Part shown: piece after piece, positions 27,479-36,331 of the stretch | Layout: every line of letters starts with the position of its first letter | Numbering within the stretch: position 1 is the first letter of the stretch | Assembly (NCBI GenBank): GCA_964626265.1 | Contig: CAZVCG010000005.1 | Coordinates: 14,651 to 65,260, forward strand | Length of the DNA: 50,610 bases | Reading direction: 5' to 3' | Origin: an uncultured Rhodospirillaceae bacterium | GTDB taxonomy: Bacteria > Pseudomonadota > Alphaproteobacteria > UBA9219 | Position numbers and translations under genes: made by a program | Notes under the pieces: generated by a model | What the model saw: only the letters and a program-made list of their open reading frames with translations | The model's database searches: none | What the model was told of the DNA's origin: nothing

Positions 27479-29448
27479 CGCAAGTCCGGCGGGGTCGTTT
27501 CCCTTACAAGCTGCTTCACCGCGTCGTCGAGCTTCAGGATTTCCTGAGCCTCGCCTCCGAGGCGGCGCATAGCCACCGTACGGGCTTCGGCTTCCTTTTT
27601 CCCAACGACAAGGATCAGCGGCACCTTTTGCAGGCTGTGATCGCGGATCTTGGCGTTTATCTTTTCCGGCCGCAAATCCGTTTCCACGCGTATTCCGGCA
27701 TCGTCCAATGCCTTGGCTGCATCGTTGGCGTAGGAATCCGCGTCGTTCGTGATCGTCGCCACGACAACCTGTACCGGCGCGAGCCACAACGGCAGTTTGC
27801 CCGCGTAGTGCTCGATCAGAATGCCGATAAAGCGGTGCATTGAGCCCAGAACAGCGCGGTGCAGCATGACGGGGCGGTGCTTTTGCCCGTCCTCTCCGAT
27901 AAACACGGCATCTAGCGTTTCCGGCATGTTGAAGTCGACTTGAAACGTGCCGCATTGCCATTCGCGGCCAATCGCGTCGCGCAGATAGAACTCGATCTTC
28001 GGCCCGTAAAAAGCGCCGTCGCCCGGGTTCATGTCGTATTGCAAGCCCGCGGCTTTCAGCGCGTTGTGCAGCGCGGCTTCGGCCTTGTCCCACACGGCAT
28101 CGGAACCTTTGCGGATCGGCGGCCTGTCGGCAAGACGTACGCGCGCGATTTCAAAGCCAAGGTCGGCGTACATCGAACTAAGCAATTTGCAGAACGCCAC
28201 GCTTTCGCTCTGGATCTGGTCTTCGCTGCAGAAGATGTGCGCGTCGTCCTGCACGAATTGCCGCACGCGGATCAGGCCGTGCAGCGCGCCGTGCGCTTCG
28301 TTGCGGTGGCAACAGCCGAATTCCGACATGCGCAACGGCAAGTCGCGATAGCTCTTGATGCCCTGCTTGAAGATTTGAACGTGCGCGGGACAGTTCATCG
28401 GCTTGACGCCCAGCATTTTCGGCTCTTCGCCTTCCGCCGTCTCGCTGGCGCGCGCCGCCAGCTTGAACATGTTGTCGCCGTACATGTCCCAGTGGCCCGA
28501 AGCCTTGAACAGCGAGCTGTCGTAAAGCTGGGGCGTGTGAACTTCGATATAACCGTTCTTCAAAATCCGGCGGCGGACGTAATTTTCCAGCATCCGGTAC
28601 ATCATCCAGCCTTTGTGATGCCAGAACACCGAGCCAGGGGCTTCGTCCTGAAAGTGGAAGAGATCGAGCTCCTTGCCCAGCTTGCGGTGATCGCGTTTTT
28701 CAGCTTCTTCGATCATCGTCAGGTAAGCATTGAGTTCTTTCTCGTCGCGCCACGCCGTGCCGTAGATGCGCTGGAGCATGGCGTTTTTGGAATCGCCGCG
28801 CCAGTAGGCCCCCGCGAGTTTCGTCAGCTTGAACGCCGTGCCGATCTTGCCCGTCGACGACACGTGCGGCCCGCGGCACAAATCGCGCCACGCGCCTTGA
28901 CCGTACATCGAGATAGTTTCGCTTTCCGGCAAATCCCTGATCAGTTCGACTTTGTAGTGTTCGCGCTTGTTTTCGAAAAACTTGATGGCCTCGGCGCGTG
29001 AAACCTCCTCGCGCACGATGGGCTCGTTACGTTTGACGATCTCGCGCATTTTCTCTTCGATCTTGGCGAAATCTTCGGTCGAGAAAGGCTCGTTACGCGC
29101 AAAGTCGTAATAGAACCCGTTTTCGATGCTGGGGCCGATAGTGACTTGCGTGCCCGGAAAAAGTTCCTGAACCGCTTCGGCCATCACGTGCGCGCAGCTG
29201 TGGCGGATCAAGTCGAGCGCTTCAGGCGACTTGGATGTCACAATCTCCACCTTCGCATCCGCATTTAACGTTCGCGTCAAATCCCGCAGCTCGCCATTGA
29301 CCTTGACGGCGAGGGCGGATTTGGCGAGACCAGCTCCGATGCTGGCTGCCAGTTCCGCCCCTGTGACGGGGGCGGGAAAAGTCTTCACGCTGCCGTCCGG
29401 CAGGGTGAAGTTAACGGGGGCCGAAGCCTTTTGCGCTGTTTGTTGCAT
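27475..29448 (-). CDS. thrS: Threonine--tRNA ligase
   Basis: TGS domain, 'DLCRGPH', 'GAYWRGD', 'KPMNCP', 'GAFYGPK'. Start uncertain (29448 or 29502). Confidence 0.98.
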   Translation of the reverse strand: MQQTAQKASAPVNFTLPDGSVKTFPAPVTGAELAASIGAGLAKSALAVKVNGELRDLTRTLNADAKVEIVTSKSPEALDLIRHSCAHVMAEAVQELFPGTQVTIGPSIENGFYYDFARNEPFSTEDFAKIEEKMREIVKRNEPIVREEVSRAEAIKFFENKREHYKVELIRDLPESETISMYGQGAWRDLCRGPHVSSTGKIGTAFKLTKLAGAYWRGDSKNAMLQRIYGTAWRDEKELNAYLTMIEEAEKRDHRKLGKELDLFHFQDEAPGSVFWHHKGWMMYRMLENYVRRRILKNGYIEVHTPQLYDSSLFKASGHWDMYGDNMFKLAARASETAEGEEPKMLGVKPMNCPAHVQIFKQGIKSYRDLPLRMSEFGCCHRNEAHGALHGLIRVRQFVQDDAHIFCSEDQIQSESVAFCKLLSSMYADLGFEIARVRLADRPPIRKGSDAVWDKAEAALHNALKAAGLQYDMNPGDGAFYGPKIEFYLRDAIGREWQCGTFQVDFNMPETLDAVFIGEDGQKHRPVMLHRAVLGSMHRFIGILIEHYAGKLPLWLAPVQVVVATITNDADSYANDAAKALDDAGIRVETDLRPEKINAKIRDHSLQKVPLILVVGKKEAEARTVAMRRLGGEAQEILKLDDAVKQLVRETTPPDLR

Positions 29449-29704
29449 AACCGAATCATAAGCCGAGTTCTTTGTGCTGCGCAAGAGGGGTGCATCCAGC
29501 ATTTAGCATTCAGCATTAGAGGTTAGCGCGTTCTTACTGCCAGGAGTCCTTTCCTAACCGCCTACCCAAGAGAGTCTTTCCTGCCACACTCATGAAAAGG
29601 TTACGATATGGTTAATGAACAGCGTTGCCCCTCGACTCGTCCTTGCGTAACACGAAAAAGCGAAACGAATCGGTATGATTCGCCCGCTTCGAGGGACGAC
29701 ACGT

Positions 29705-30196
29705 ATGCACATGAAGCCGCTCCTGATCCTGTTTTTGTCCACCGGCAATGCCGCACGGAGCCTGATTGCCGAGGCGCTCGTCAACGCCAAGGGCAGCGAA
29801 CGCTTTACGGCCCGCAGTGCCGGTTTCAAGCCTCTGCCTGAAGTTCATTCCGAGACTCGGGCTTTGCTGAAGGCGGAAGGTTTGATGACTGAGAGCCTAC
29901 ATACCAAGGGGTGGGGGGAGTTTCTGGCTTCATCGCACATTGTAAAAATAGATGTCATTGTGACGTTATCGGAGGAAGCGCGGTTAAATTGTCCCAGTTG
30001 GCCTGGTGATCCGGTCAAGGTACACTGGACAGTCGACGATCCCCTGGGGGCCGAACGAGCCGATGTGCGCGAATGGAAATTCCGTAAATGCTTTGCTACG
30101 TTGGAAGCTCGTGTTAACACCTTGGTGCGCAGCAAGCTGCCGCAAACGCCCGGCGAGCTGTTCCTGCAACTCAAGGACATCGGGATGGTCGTGTGA
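29705..30196 (+). CDS. LMW-PTP/ArsC-fold protein with the catalytic Cys replaced by Ser
   Basis: 'LFLSTGNAARS', 'RSAG..P', 'VTLSEEA..NCPSWPG', 'HWTVDDP'. Confidence 0.85.
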   Translation: MHMKPLLILFLSTGNAARSLIAEALVNAKGSERFTARSAGFKPLPEVHSETRALLKAEGLMTESLHTKGWGEFLASSHIVKIDVIVTLSEEARLNCPSWPGDPVKVHWTVDDPLGAERADVREWKFRKCFATLEARVNTLVRSKLPQTPGELFLQLKDIGMVV

Positions 30197-30846
30197 TGAT
30201 AACCTGCAATAATCAAAAGACTCCGCGTAACGCCTTTAAGCGCGCGTTCACGCTTATGGAATCCGCGATAGTGCTTGGGGTCATAGGCATCGTTCTTGCC
30301 GGTATTTGGCTGTATTCCGGGACGGTCAGCAACAAAGAGTCGATGCAAGTGGCGGTCAATCAAGTGTGGCAAATCGCCAACAACGTTCGTGACATGTATG
30401 CGGGGCGTTCAGATCTGGCTGTCAACAACAGTGACCAGATGAACAAACATGTGTGCGCAGGCTTGTTCCCGCGCAGTATGCTTGTGGGAACCACAAGCAA
30501 TGGGTGCGCAATCGCGGGTCAACCCAGAAATCCATGGGGCGGCGCTGTTGCTCTTGCTTTCTCGAAGCCTCCTATTAATGGAATCCAAACTGCTGTTTTC
30601 GACATTGACTTCACGTTTACGAAATCCGCTGCGCAGAATCGTCCCAATTGCGTCGATTTCTTGTCGCATTTTTTGACAAGCGGCGGCGGCGGGACGGCGG
30701 TTGACGATCAGCGCGCGGGTGGAGGACCAGTCAATAGCTATCTTCTTTTGCCTGGGCCTGTTTCAGTATTGGGGAAAAATCCTTCCGAAATAGCAGGCTT
30801 GGCACCCAATGGATGCACGGGCGTGCGATTGCGCTTTAAGCTCTGA
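30193..30846 (+). CDS. Type IV pilin/pseudopilin-like protein
   Basis: Prepilin cleavage motif 'KRA|FTLME' plus hydrophobic helix; 'NPWGG'; four mature-domain Cys. Confidence 0.8.
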   Translation: MMITCNNQKTPRNAFKRAFTLMESAIVLGVIGIVLAGIWLYSGTVSNKESMQVAVNQVWQIANNVRDMYAGRSDLAVNNSDQMNKHVCAGLFPRSMLVGTTSNGCAIAGQPRNPWGGAVALAFSKPPINGIQTAVFDIDFTFTKSAAQNRPNCVDFLSHFLTSGGGGTAVDDQRAGGGPVNSYLLLPGPVSVLGKNPSEIAGLAPNGCTGVRLRFKL

Positions 30847-30857
30847 AAAAATAATAG

Positions 30858-31712
30858 CTATGGCAGGACGATATCTTTCGCTCCAGCGCGTTCGTAGTGC
30901 CTCATGTAGCGGCCTGTTATTAAATCGGTCTTGACAATGATGCAGACATCAGTGGTGTTGAATTGCTCGTCAATCACCGCGCCGTCGCCAACGTAGCCGC
31001 CGACACGCAAGTAGCCCTTGATAAGAGGAGGAAGGCTGTTGCCGCCGCTGCGCGGATCCATTTTCATGTCGTTGAATGCCGCGTCGGGATCAAACGCTTC
31101 GCGCGGCAGCAAACGCATGTCAACATAACGTTCAGGCAGGGCCGTCGCGCAAAGCGCAGGCGGCGCGAGATGATGGTAGTAGAGGTAGGACAGCGGCAAC
31201 GCGTGATCCTGCGGGTTTGTGCCCGGCAGACTGGCGCAACCGAACATCAGCTTGATATCGTATTGCATGATGTAGCCCGCCAACCCCTTCCACAGGGTTT
31301 GCATGACATAGCCGGTGCGGTGCTCAGCGTCTATGCAGGATCGGCCAAGCTCCAAAATTTCGCCAGGATAATTTATCAGTGGCGTGATGTCGTATTCGCC
31401 TGCTGAATAAAAAGCGCCATGTTTCTCGGCTGCGGCGCGGCGGATCAGGCGGTAGGTGCCGACGACGCGTCCTTCTTTCGAATCCTTGTGGTCGATGACC
31501 AGCAAATGATCGCAGTAATCATCGAGAGAATCGAAATCCCGCAGACGCGCCGTCATGGCTGGCGTAGGTTTTGCCCCCATTTCTTCGTAAAACACGCGAT
31601 AACGCAGAGCCTGCGCCGCATCGACCTCTGCCGCCGAAGAAGCAAGACGCACTTCGAGGTTGTGGGACGATTTTTCGCCGTTGGACGCGGGGGCGTTAAT
31701 GTCGGGGCTCAT
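30858..31712 (-). CDS. olsB: Ornithine-lipid N-acyltransferase OlsB-like (GNAT)
   Basis: 'AQALRYRVFYEEMGA', 'CDHLLV', 'LELGRSC', 'LPPLIKGYLRVG', 'DEQFNTTDV'. Confidence 0.85.
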   Translation of the reverse strand: MSPDINAPASNGEKSSHNLEVRLASSAAEVDAAQALRYRVFYEEMGAKPTPAMTARLRDFDSLDDYCDHLLVIDHKDSKEGRVVGTYRLIRRAAAEKHGAFYSAGEYDITPLINYPGEILELGRSCIDAEHRTGYVMQTLWKGLAGYIMQYDIKLMFGCASLPGTNPQDHALPLSYLYYHHLAPPALCATALPERYVDMRLLPREAFDPDAAFNDMKMDPRSGGNSLPPLIKGYLRVGGYVGDGAVIDEQFNTTDVCIIVKTDLITGRYMRHYERAGAKDIVLP

Positions 31713-31823
31713 GGGCGTTGACGTAGAGCTTCATTAGGGGCGTTTGAAAGATAAAGAAGATTTAGCACAATCCGGATGCTCTTGGCCAGCGGCCAAACGA
31801 CGCGAATCGAGGAACGGCGCGTG

Positions 31824-31861
31824 AAAAAAACAAGGCGGAAACGCGATGTTTCCGCCTTGTT
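31824..31861 (-). terminator. mucR intrinsic terminator
   Basis: AACAAGGCGGAAAC-N5-GTTTCCGCCTTGTT with a T-run on the minus strand. Confidence 0.85.
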
Positions 31862-31882
31862 AAACGCTTTATGGGTTGTTCG

Positions 31883-32320
31883 TTAAGCGGCTTTTTGCCT
31901 TGCTTTGCGCGAGGTGCCGAGCCCGATTTGTTTGGCCAGCTTGCTGCGCTGCTTCGCGTAGTTAGGCGCGACCATCGGATAATCCGACGGCAAGCCCCAA
32001 CGCTCGCGGTATTGATCCGGAGTCATGTTGTAGGATGTCTTCAGGTGGCGCTTGAGCATCTTCAGTTTTTTGCCGTCTTCGAGGCAAATGATGTATTCAG
32101 GCATGACGGAGCGGCGTACGGGAACGGCGGGTTCCGTGCGAGCTTCCGTCGAATTCACGCCCGAACCAATGCGCGACAGGCTTTGATAGACGGTGCCGAT
32201 GAGCGCCGGAATGTCGGCGACAGCTACCGTATTGTTGCCAACGTGCGCGGCGACGATTTGAGCCGCGAGAGTCAGCAAACGATCGTTCGTCTCTTTTTCA
32301 TGAACCGTTTTGTCGGGCAT
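31883..32320 (-). CDS. mucR: MucR/Ros family regulator
   Basis: 'IICLEDGKKLKMLKRHL', 'WGLPSDYPMVAPNYA..RS.LAK.IGLG'. Confidence 0.95.
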   Translation of the reverse strand: MPDKTVHEKETNDRLLTLAAQIVAAHVGNNTVAVADIPALIGTVYQSLSRIGSGVNSTEARTEPAVPVRRSVMPEYIICLEDGKKLKMLKRHLKTSYNMTPDQYRERWGLPSDYPMVAPNYAKQRSKLAKQIGLGTSRKARQKAA

Positions 32321-32510
32321 TGGTTACAACTCCTGCTGTTTCCCCACTAAAAAAGCGGGAAAGATTGATACTTTCGTTATTTTTCTTATGCGACACATAT
32401 AACAGTAATGTCAAGCTTATGCCGAACAATGACTAGGTTATAGTAAACAACAGGCAAAGTCATTTTATAAGAAATGAATATTTTATCTATATAACCCCAA
32501 TATTCTAAGG

Positions 32511-33200
32511 TTAAGATATCATTCCATTATGTAAATGGCGAATGTAATCCATGCGTTCCGCCAACTCGTAATTATGCGTGGCCATTAAAAGCGCAAGGTT
32601 TTGGGAGCGGACGAGCTCTTGCAGTACTAAAAACACATGTTCTGCCGTATGCGGATCGAGATTGCCCGTCGGTTCGTCGGCGATGAGTATTTTGGGACGG
32701 TTAGCGAGCGCGCGAGCGATGGCGACCCGTTGTTGTTCGCCGCCGGAAAGTTTAGCAGGGCGGTGATCGGCGCGGTCGTTAAGGCCGACAAGAGCCAAAA
32801 GCTCTTCGGCGCGCTGTGCCGCCGCCTTGCGCGTAACGCCAGCGATCATCTGTGGAAGCACGATATTTTCACGCGCTGAAAACTCGGGCAGCAAATGATG
32901 TAACTGGTACACGAAGCCGATGGCTTGCCGACGCAGCGCCGTGCGTTCCGCATCGTCAAGCGATGAGGCTTCGTTGCCGTCAATGACAACGGTTCCGCTA
33001 TCCGGCTTTTCGAGAAGCCCGGCAATGTGGAGCAATGTCGATTTGCCGGAACCCGATGGCCCGATAAGCGCGACTTTTTCGCCTGCGTTGACGTTGAAAG
33101 TACATCCCCGCAGGACTTCTAGGCGGTTTTCGCCTTGTACGAAAACGCGGCGGATGTCTTGTAACAAAAGGACGGTTTGGTTTGTCTCGGAATTATTCAT
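32511..33200 (-). CDS. lolD: Lipoprotein-releasing ABC ATPase
   Basis: 'GPSGSGKST', '[14 protein letters not shown]', 'ADEPTGNLD'; downstream of lolE. Confidence 0.93.
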   Translation of the reverse strand: MNNSETNQTVLLLQDIRRVFVQGENRLEVLRGCTFNVNAGEKVALIGPSGSGKSTLLHIAGLLEKPDSGTVVIDGNEASSLDDAERTALRRQAIGFVYQLHHLLPEFSARENIVLPQMIAGVTRKAAAQRAEELLALVGLNDRADHRPAKLSGGEQQRVAIARALANRPKILIADEPTGNLDPHTAEHVFLVLQELVRSQNLALLMATHNYELAERMDYIRHLHNGMIS

Positions 33201-34440
33201 ATCGGAGAGCCTCAACCGGATCGAGCCTGGCGGCGCGCCACGAGGGGTAAAGCGTGGCGAGGAACGATAGCCCCAGGGCCATCAAAACGACCTGAACCAC
33301 TTCGCGCCAGTCGATGACGGATGGCAAATGGGTCAGGAAGTAGATTTCCGCAGAAAAAAGTTCCGTGCGCGTCAGGGTTTGCAGGATTTGCCGTACGTTT
33401 TCGATGTTGTCGGCGATGACGATGCCAAGGCAAAGGCCGAAGATGGTGCCCAGAACGCCGATGCTGGCGCCGCTCAGGAAAAATATGCGCATGACCATGC
33501 CGCGCGAAGCGCCCATCGTGCGCAGGATCGCGATGTCGCGGCCTTTGTCCTTTACCAGCATGATGAGGCCCGAAATAATGTTAAAGGCCGCCACCATGAT
33601 GATCATGCTGAGAATAAGGAACATGACGTTCCGCTCCACCTGCAGAGCCGTGAAGAAACTGGAGTTGGTCTGCTGCCAGTCGAGCAAGCGGACGTTGTCG
33701 TCTTTAAGCGCGTCGTAAATGGCCGTCTTGATCCGGTTGAAGTTGTGCGGGGTCGTAACGAAGATTTCCAACGAGGAAACCCCGGTTCCTGTTTTGAAAA
33801 ACAGTTGCGCGGATGGTAGCGGCATGAAGATAAAGCCGTTGTCGTATTCATACATGCCCACGTCGAAAATTGCCGCAATGGGATAGGCGCGCAAGCGCGG
33901 GGCCGAACCGAACACCGTAGTTTTGCTGGTCGGCGAGATGAGCGTGAGCGCATCGCCGACATGAAGGCCGAGGCGCGAGGCCATGCGCACACCGATGACG
34001 ATTCTGTCGTCGCCAAAGTCGTTAAGCGACCCTGCGGTGATGTGCTTGACGATGATGTCGCGCTTTTTGAAAGTTTCCGGATCGACGCCGCGGACAAGCG
34101 CGCCAGAAGCCCCGCCGTCTTTAGTTATAAGCGTTTGGCCTTCAATGCTGGGCGAGACTTCGAGCACGCCCGGCACGGCTTTGATTTTCTGGATTAGAGG
34201 CTCGTAGTCGAACAGCATGCCGTCCATGGCCAGAACGTTCATGTGCCCGTTGAGGCCGAGCACGCGGGAAAACAACTCGGCGCGAAAGCCGTTCATCACC
34301 GACATGACGACGATCAGCGTCGCCACGCCAAGGCCGATGCCGAGCAGCGAAAACCAGCTGATGACGGAGATAAAGCCTTCTTGCCGCCGCGCCCGGAGAT
34401 AGCGCATCGCGACCATGCGTTCAAAGGGGGAAAAGATCAT
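33193..34440 (-). CDS. lolE: Lipoprotein-releasing ABC permease LolC/E
   Basis: '[15 protein letters not shown]', '[10 protein letters not shown]', '[18 protein letters not shown]'. Confidence 0.93.
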   Translation of the reverse strand: MIFSPFERMVAMRYLRARRQEGFISVISWFSLLGIGLGVATLIVVMSVMNGFRAELFSRVLGLNGHMNVLAMDGMLFDYEPLIQKIKAVPGVLEVSPSIEGQTLITKDGGASGALVRGVDPETFKKRDIIVKHITAGSLNDFGDDRIVIGVRMASRLGLHVGDALTLISPTSKTTVFGSAPRLRAYPIAAIFDVGMYEYDNGFIFMPLPSAQLFFKTGTGVSSLEIFVTTPHNFNRIKTAIYDALKDDNVRLLDWQQTNSSFFTALQVERNVMFLILSMIIMVAAFNIISGLIMLVKDKGRDIAILRTMGASRGMVMRIFFLSGASIGVLGTIFGLCLGIVIADNIENVRQILQTLTRTELFSAEIYFLTHLPSVIDWREVVQVVLMALGLSFLATLYPSWRAARLDPVEALRYE

Positions 34441-34445
34441 GGCCG

Positions 34446-35723
34446 TTAACCAATCAGTTTATTCAGTGCGCTGTCGAGGCTGAGTTCCTGACGTTCGCCG
34501 GTTTGACGATTTTTGACCTCGACTACGCCTTTTTCAAGGCCACGCGGGCCAACGACAAGCTGCCAAGGCATACCGAGTAAATCCATATCGGCGAACTTGA
34601 CGCCGACGCTGGCGTCGCGATCGTCATACAACGCCGTTACGCCCGCCTTATTGAGTTTGGCGTAGGCGTCTTCGCAGATTTTGTCGGTTTCGACATGGCC
34701 TTGCTTCAGGTTAACAATGCCGACTTTATAGGGTGCGACGTTTTCCGGCCAGACAAGGCCGTGGTCGTCGCTCAAAACTTCGGCGATGGTTCCCAGAATA
34801 CGGCTGGGCCCGATGCCGTAACACCCCATGACGATCTTTTTCAACGTGCCGTCTTTGTCGGTGTACTGCACGTTAAAGGCCTCGGTGAAACGCGAGCCGA
34901 GCTTGAAGATGTTGCCGACCTCAATGGCTTTCAACTCTTCTAACTTGTTCTCATCGCCAGGTTTATAGTTCGGGATGATTTCTTTCAAAGCCTCCTTGTC
35001 GTCGATGATTTCCTTGTTGATAGCGGTGGTGGTGCCGGGAATACGGTATACGGTATCTTCACCGTAGGGCGTGACGGTTTGGAATTCGTGCGAGTATTTT
35101 GAGAAAATACCCCCTGAGGCAAACGTGATTAGCGTTTTGTCACCGATGCCGCAACGCGCGTAGACGTTGTTATAAGCGACGATGGTTTTGTCATAAAATG
35201 CGTCGAGGTCTGCCTGTTCCATATGGAAGGAATACATGTCTTTCATGCGGAACTCGCGTCCGCGTAACAGGCCCGATTTGGGGCGAGCTTCATTGCGGAA
35301 TTTTGTTTGCACTTGATACACGGCGGTAGGCAAATCGCGATAAGACTGGATAAACGCACCTACCAAGGGCGTAACTGTTTCCTCGTGCGTGGGGCCGAGA
35401 CACAGATCGCATTCTTCGTTGCCGGAATGCCCACTGTTGAGTTTGTAGAGAACGTCGACTTTGTTCCAGCGTTGCGTTTTTTCCCAAATCTCGCGGGGGT
35501 GCAGCGAGGGCATCAGAACTTCTTGCGCGCCGAGGGCGTTCATCTCGTCACGGACGATGTTTTCGATGTTGTTCAGCACACGCAGGCCCAGCGGCAGGTA
35601 TTGGTACACGCCCGCCATCAGGCGGCTAACATAACCGGCGCGGGTCAGCATCTGGGCGTTGCGGCTGACTTCGGCCTTGTTGGTTTCTTTGCTGGTGCGG
35701 GTGACAAGGTGGCTAAGGCGCAT
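34446..35723 (-). CDS. proS: Proline--tRNA ligase (short form, no editing domain)
   Basis: 'LGPTHEE', 'KFRNEARPKSGLLRGREF.MKD', 'IEVGNIFKLG', 'MGCYGIG'. Confidence 0.96.
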   Translation of the reverse strand: MRLSHLVTRTSKETNKAEVSRNAQMLTRAGYVSRLMAGVYQYLPLGLRVLNNIENIVRDEMNALGAQEVLMPSLHPREIWEKTQRWNKVDVLYKLNSGHSGNEECDLCLGPTHEETVTPLVGAFIQSYRDLPTAVYQVQTKFRNEARPKSGLLRGREFRMKDMYSFHMEQADLDAFYDKTIVAYNNVYARCGIGDKTLITFASGGIFSKYSHEFQTVTPYGEDTVYRIPGTTTAINKEIIDDKEALKEIIPNYKPGDENKLEELKAIEVGNIFKLGSRFTEAFNVQYTDKDGTLKKIVMGCYGIGPSRILGTIAEVLSDDHGLVWPENVAPYKVGIVNLKQGHVETDKICEDAYAKLNKAGVTALYDDRDASVGVKFADMDLLGMPWQLVVGPRGLEKGVVEVKNRQTGERQELSLDSALNKLIG

Positions 35724-35795
35724 GGGGTCACAAACAGGAAAAATTTAGACAAGCCACGACTTTAGAAAAGGGAAAGGGCGTTGTCTATGTGTAAA

Positions 35796-36212
35796 TTAGG
35801 GGTTTTTTGGTGTTGACGGCTTCATGCAAAGCACCGCCAAGTTGTCCTGTTGTTCGTCGGAAAGCGGCTTGCCGTTATAGAGAACCTTGTCGCCGTCGAC
35901 CGTGAGCGTGCCCAATTGTATATCCGTCCGGCCCATGGTGTTAAAGGGGAAAGTCGCCGCCGGAAGGTTAAGAAACGACAGCAAATCTGCCGTAAGCGGT
36001 ATGGTTATGGGTTGCTGTATCAGGAAATCGTTGCTGCCAGGCAAATCGGCGGGGATCACGGGCTTGCCGTGAACGTCAACGCCCGGGCGGTACTCGACAT
36101 CGGCATCGGGCACGTGTTTGACGAGGGCTTGGCAGAAGGCGGGGTCAAGGGTGGGAGAGGCGAGGGCGGGGGGCGGTGTTAGAAATAAAGTGATGAGCCC
36201 TAACAATCTCAT
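35796..36212 (-). CDS. Secreted hypothetical protein (may start at 36335 and include the palindrome)
   Basis: Signal peptide from ATG 36212; 'HVPDADVEYRPGVDVHGKPVIPADL'. Confidence 0.75.
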   Translation of the reverse strand: MRLLGLITLFLTPPPALASPTLDPAFCQALVKHVPDADVEYRPGVDVHGKPVIPADLPGSNDFLIQQPITIPLTADLLSFLNLPAATFPFNTMGRTDIQLGTLTVDGDKVLYNGKPLSDEQQDNLAVLCMKPSTPKNP

Positions 36213-36215
36213 TAC

Positions 36216-36320
36216 GTCATTCCCGCGAACGCGGGAATCCAGCGCTGCGCGTCGGCGCGGCATATGACTCATATGGCTCGCATACGCTCGCCGCTGGATC
36301 CCCGTTTTCACGGGGATGAC
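36216..36320. repeat. REP/RPE-like palindromic element (105 bp)
   Basis: GTCATTCCCGCGAACGCGGGAATCCAGCG ... CGCTGGATCCCCGTTTTCACGGGGATGAC: inverted arms, each with an internal palindrome (ATTCCC-N8-GGGAAT). Confidence 0.85.
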
Positions 36321-36331
36321 ACATAAGGACG

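Noticed and set aside
27940-29001. Long plus-strand ORF (also 39804-41111, 37658-38479, 47264-48214, 6180-7205, 5684-6628)
   Set aside because: Antisense or alternate-frame shadows of well-supported GC-rich genes; no motifs.
29538-29590. Fifth fluoride riboswitch upstream of thrS (contains CAGGAGTC)
   Set aside because: Lacks TGATGAC and the GATGGAGTTC P1 segment; only an imperfect GAGTC(C)TTTCCT direct repeat.
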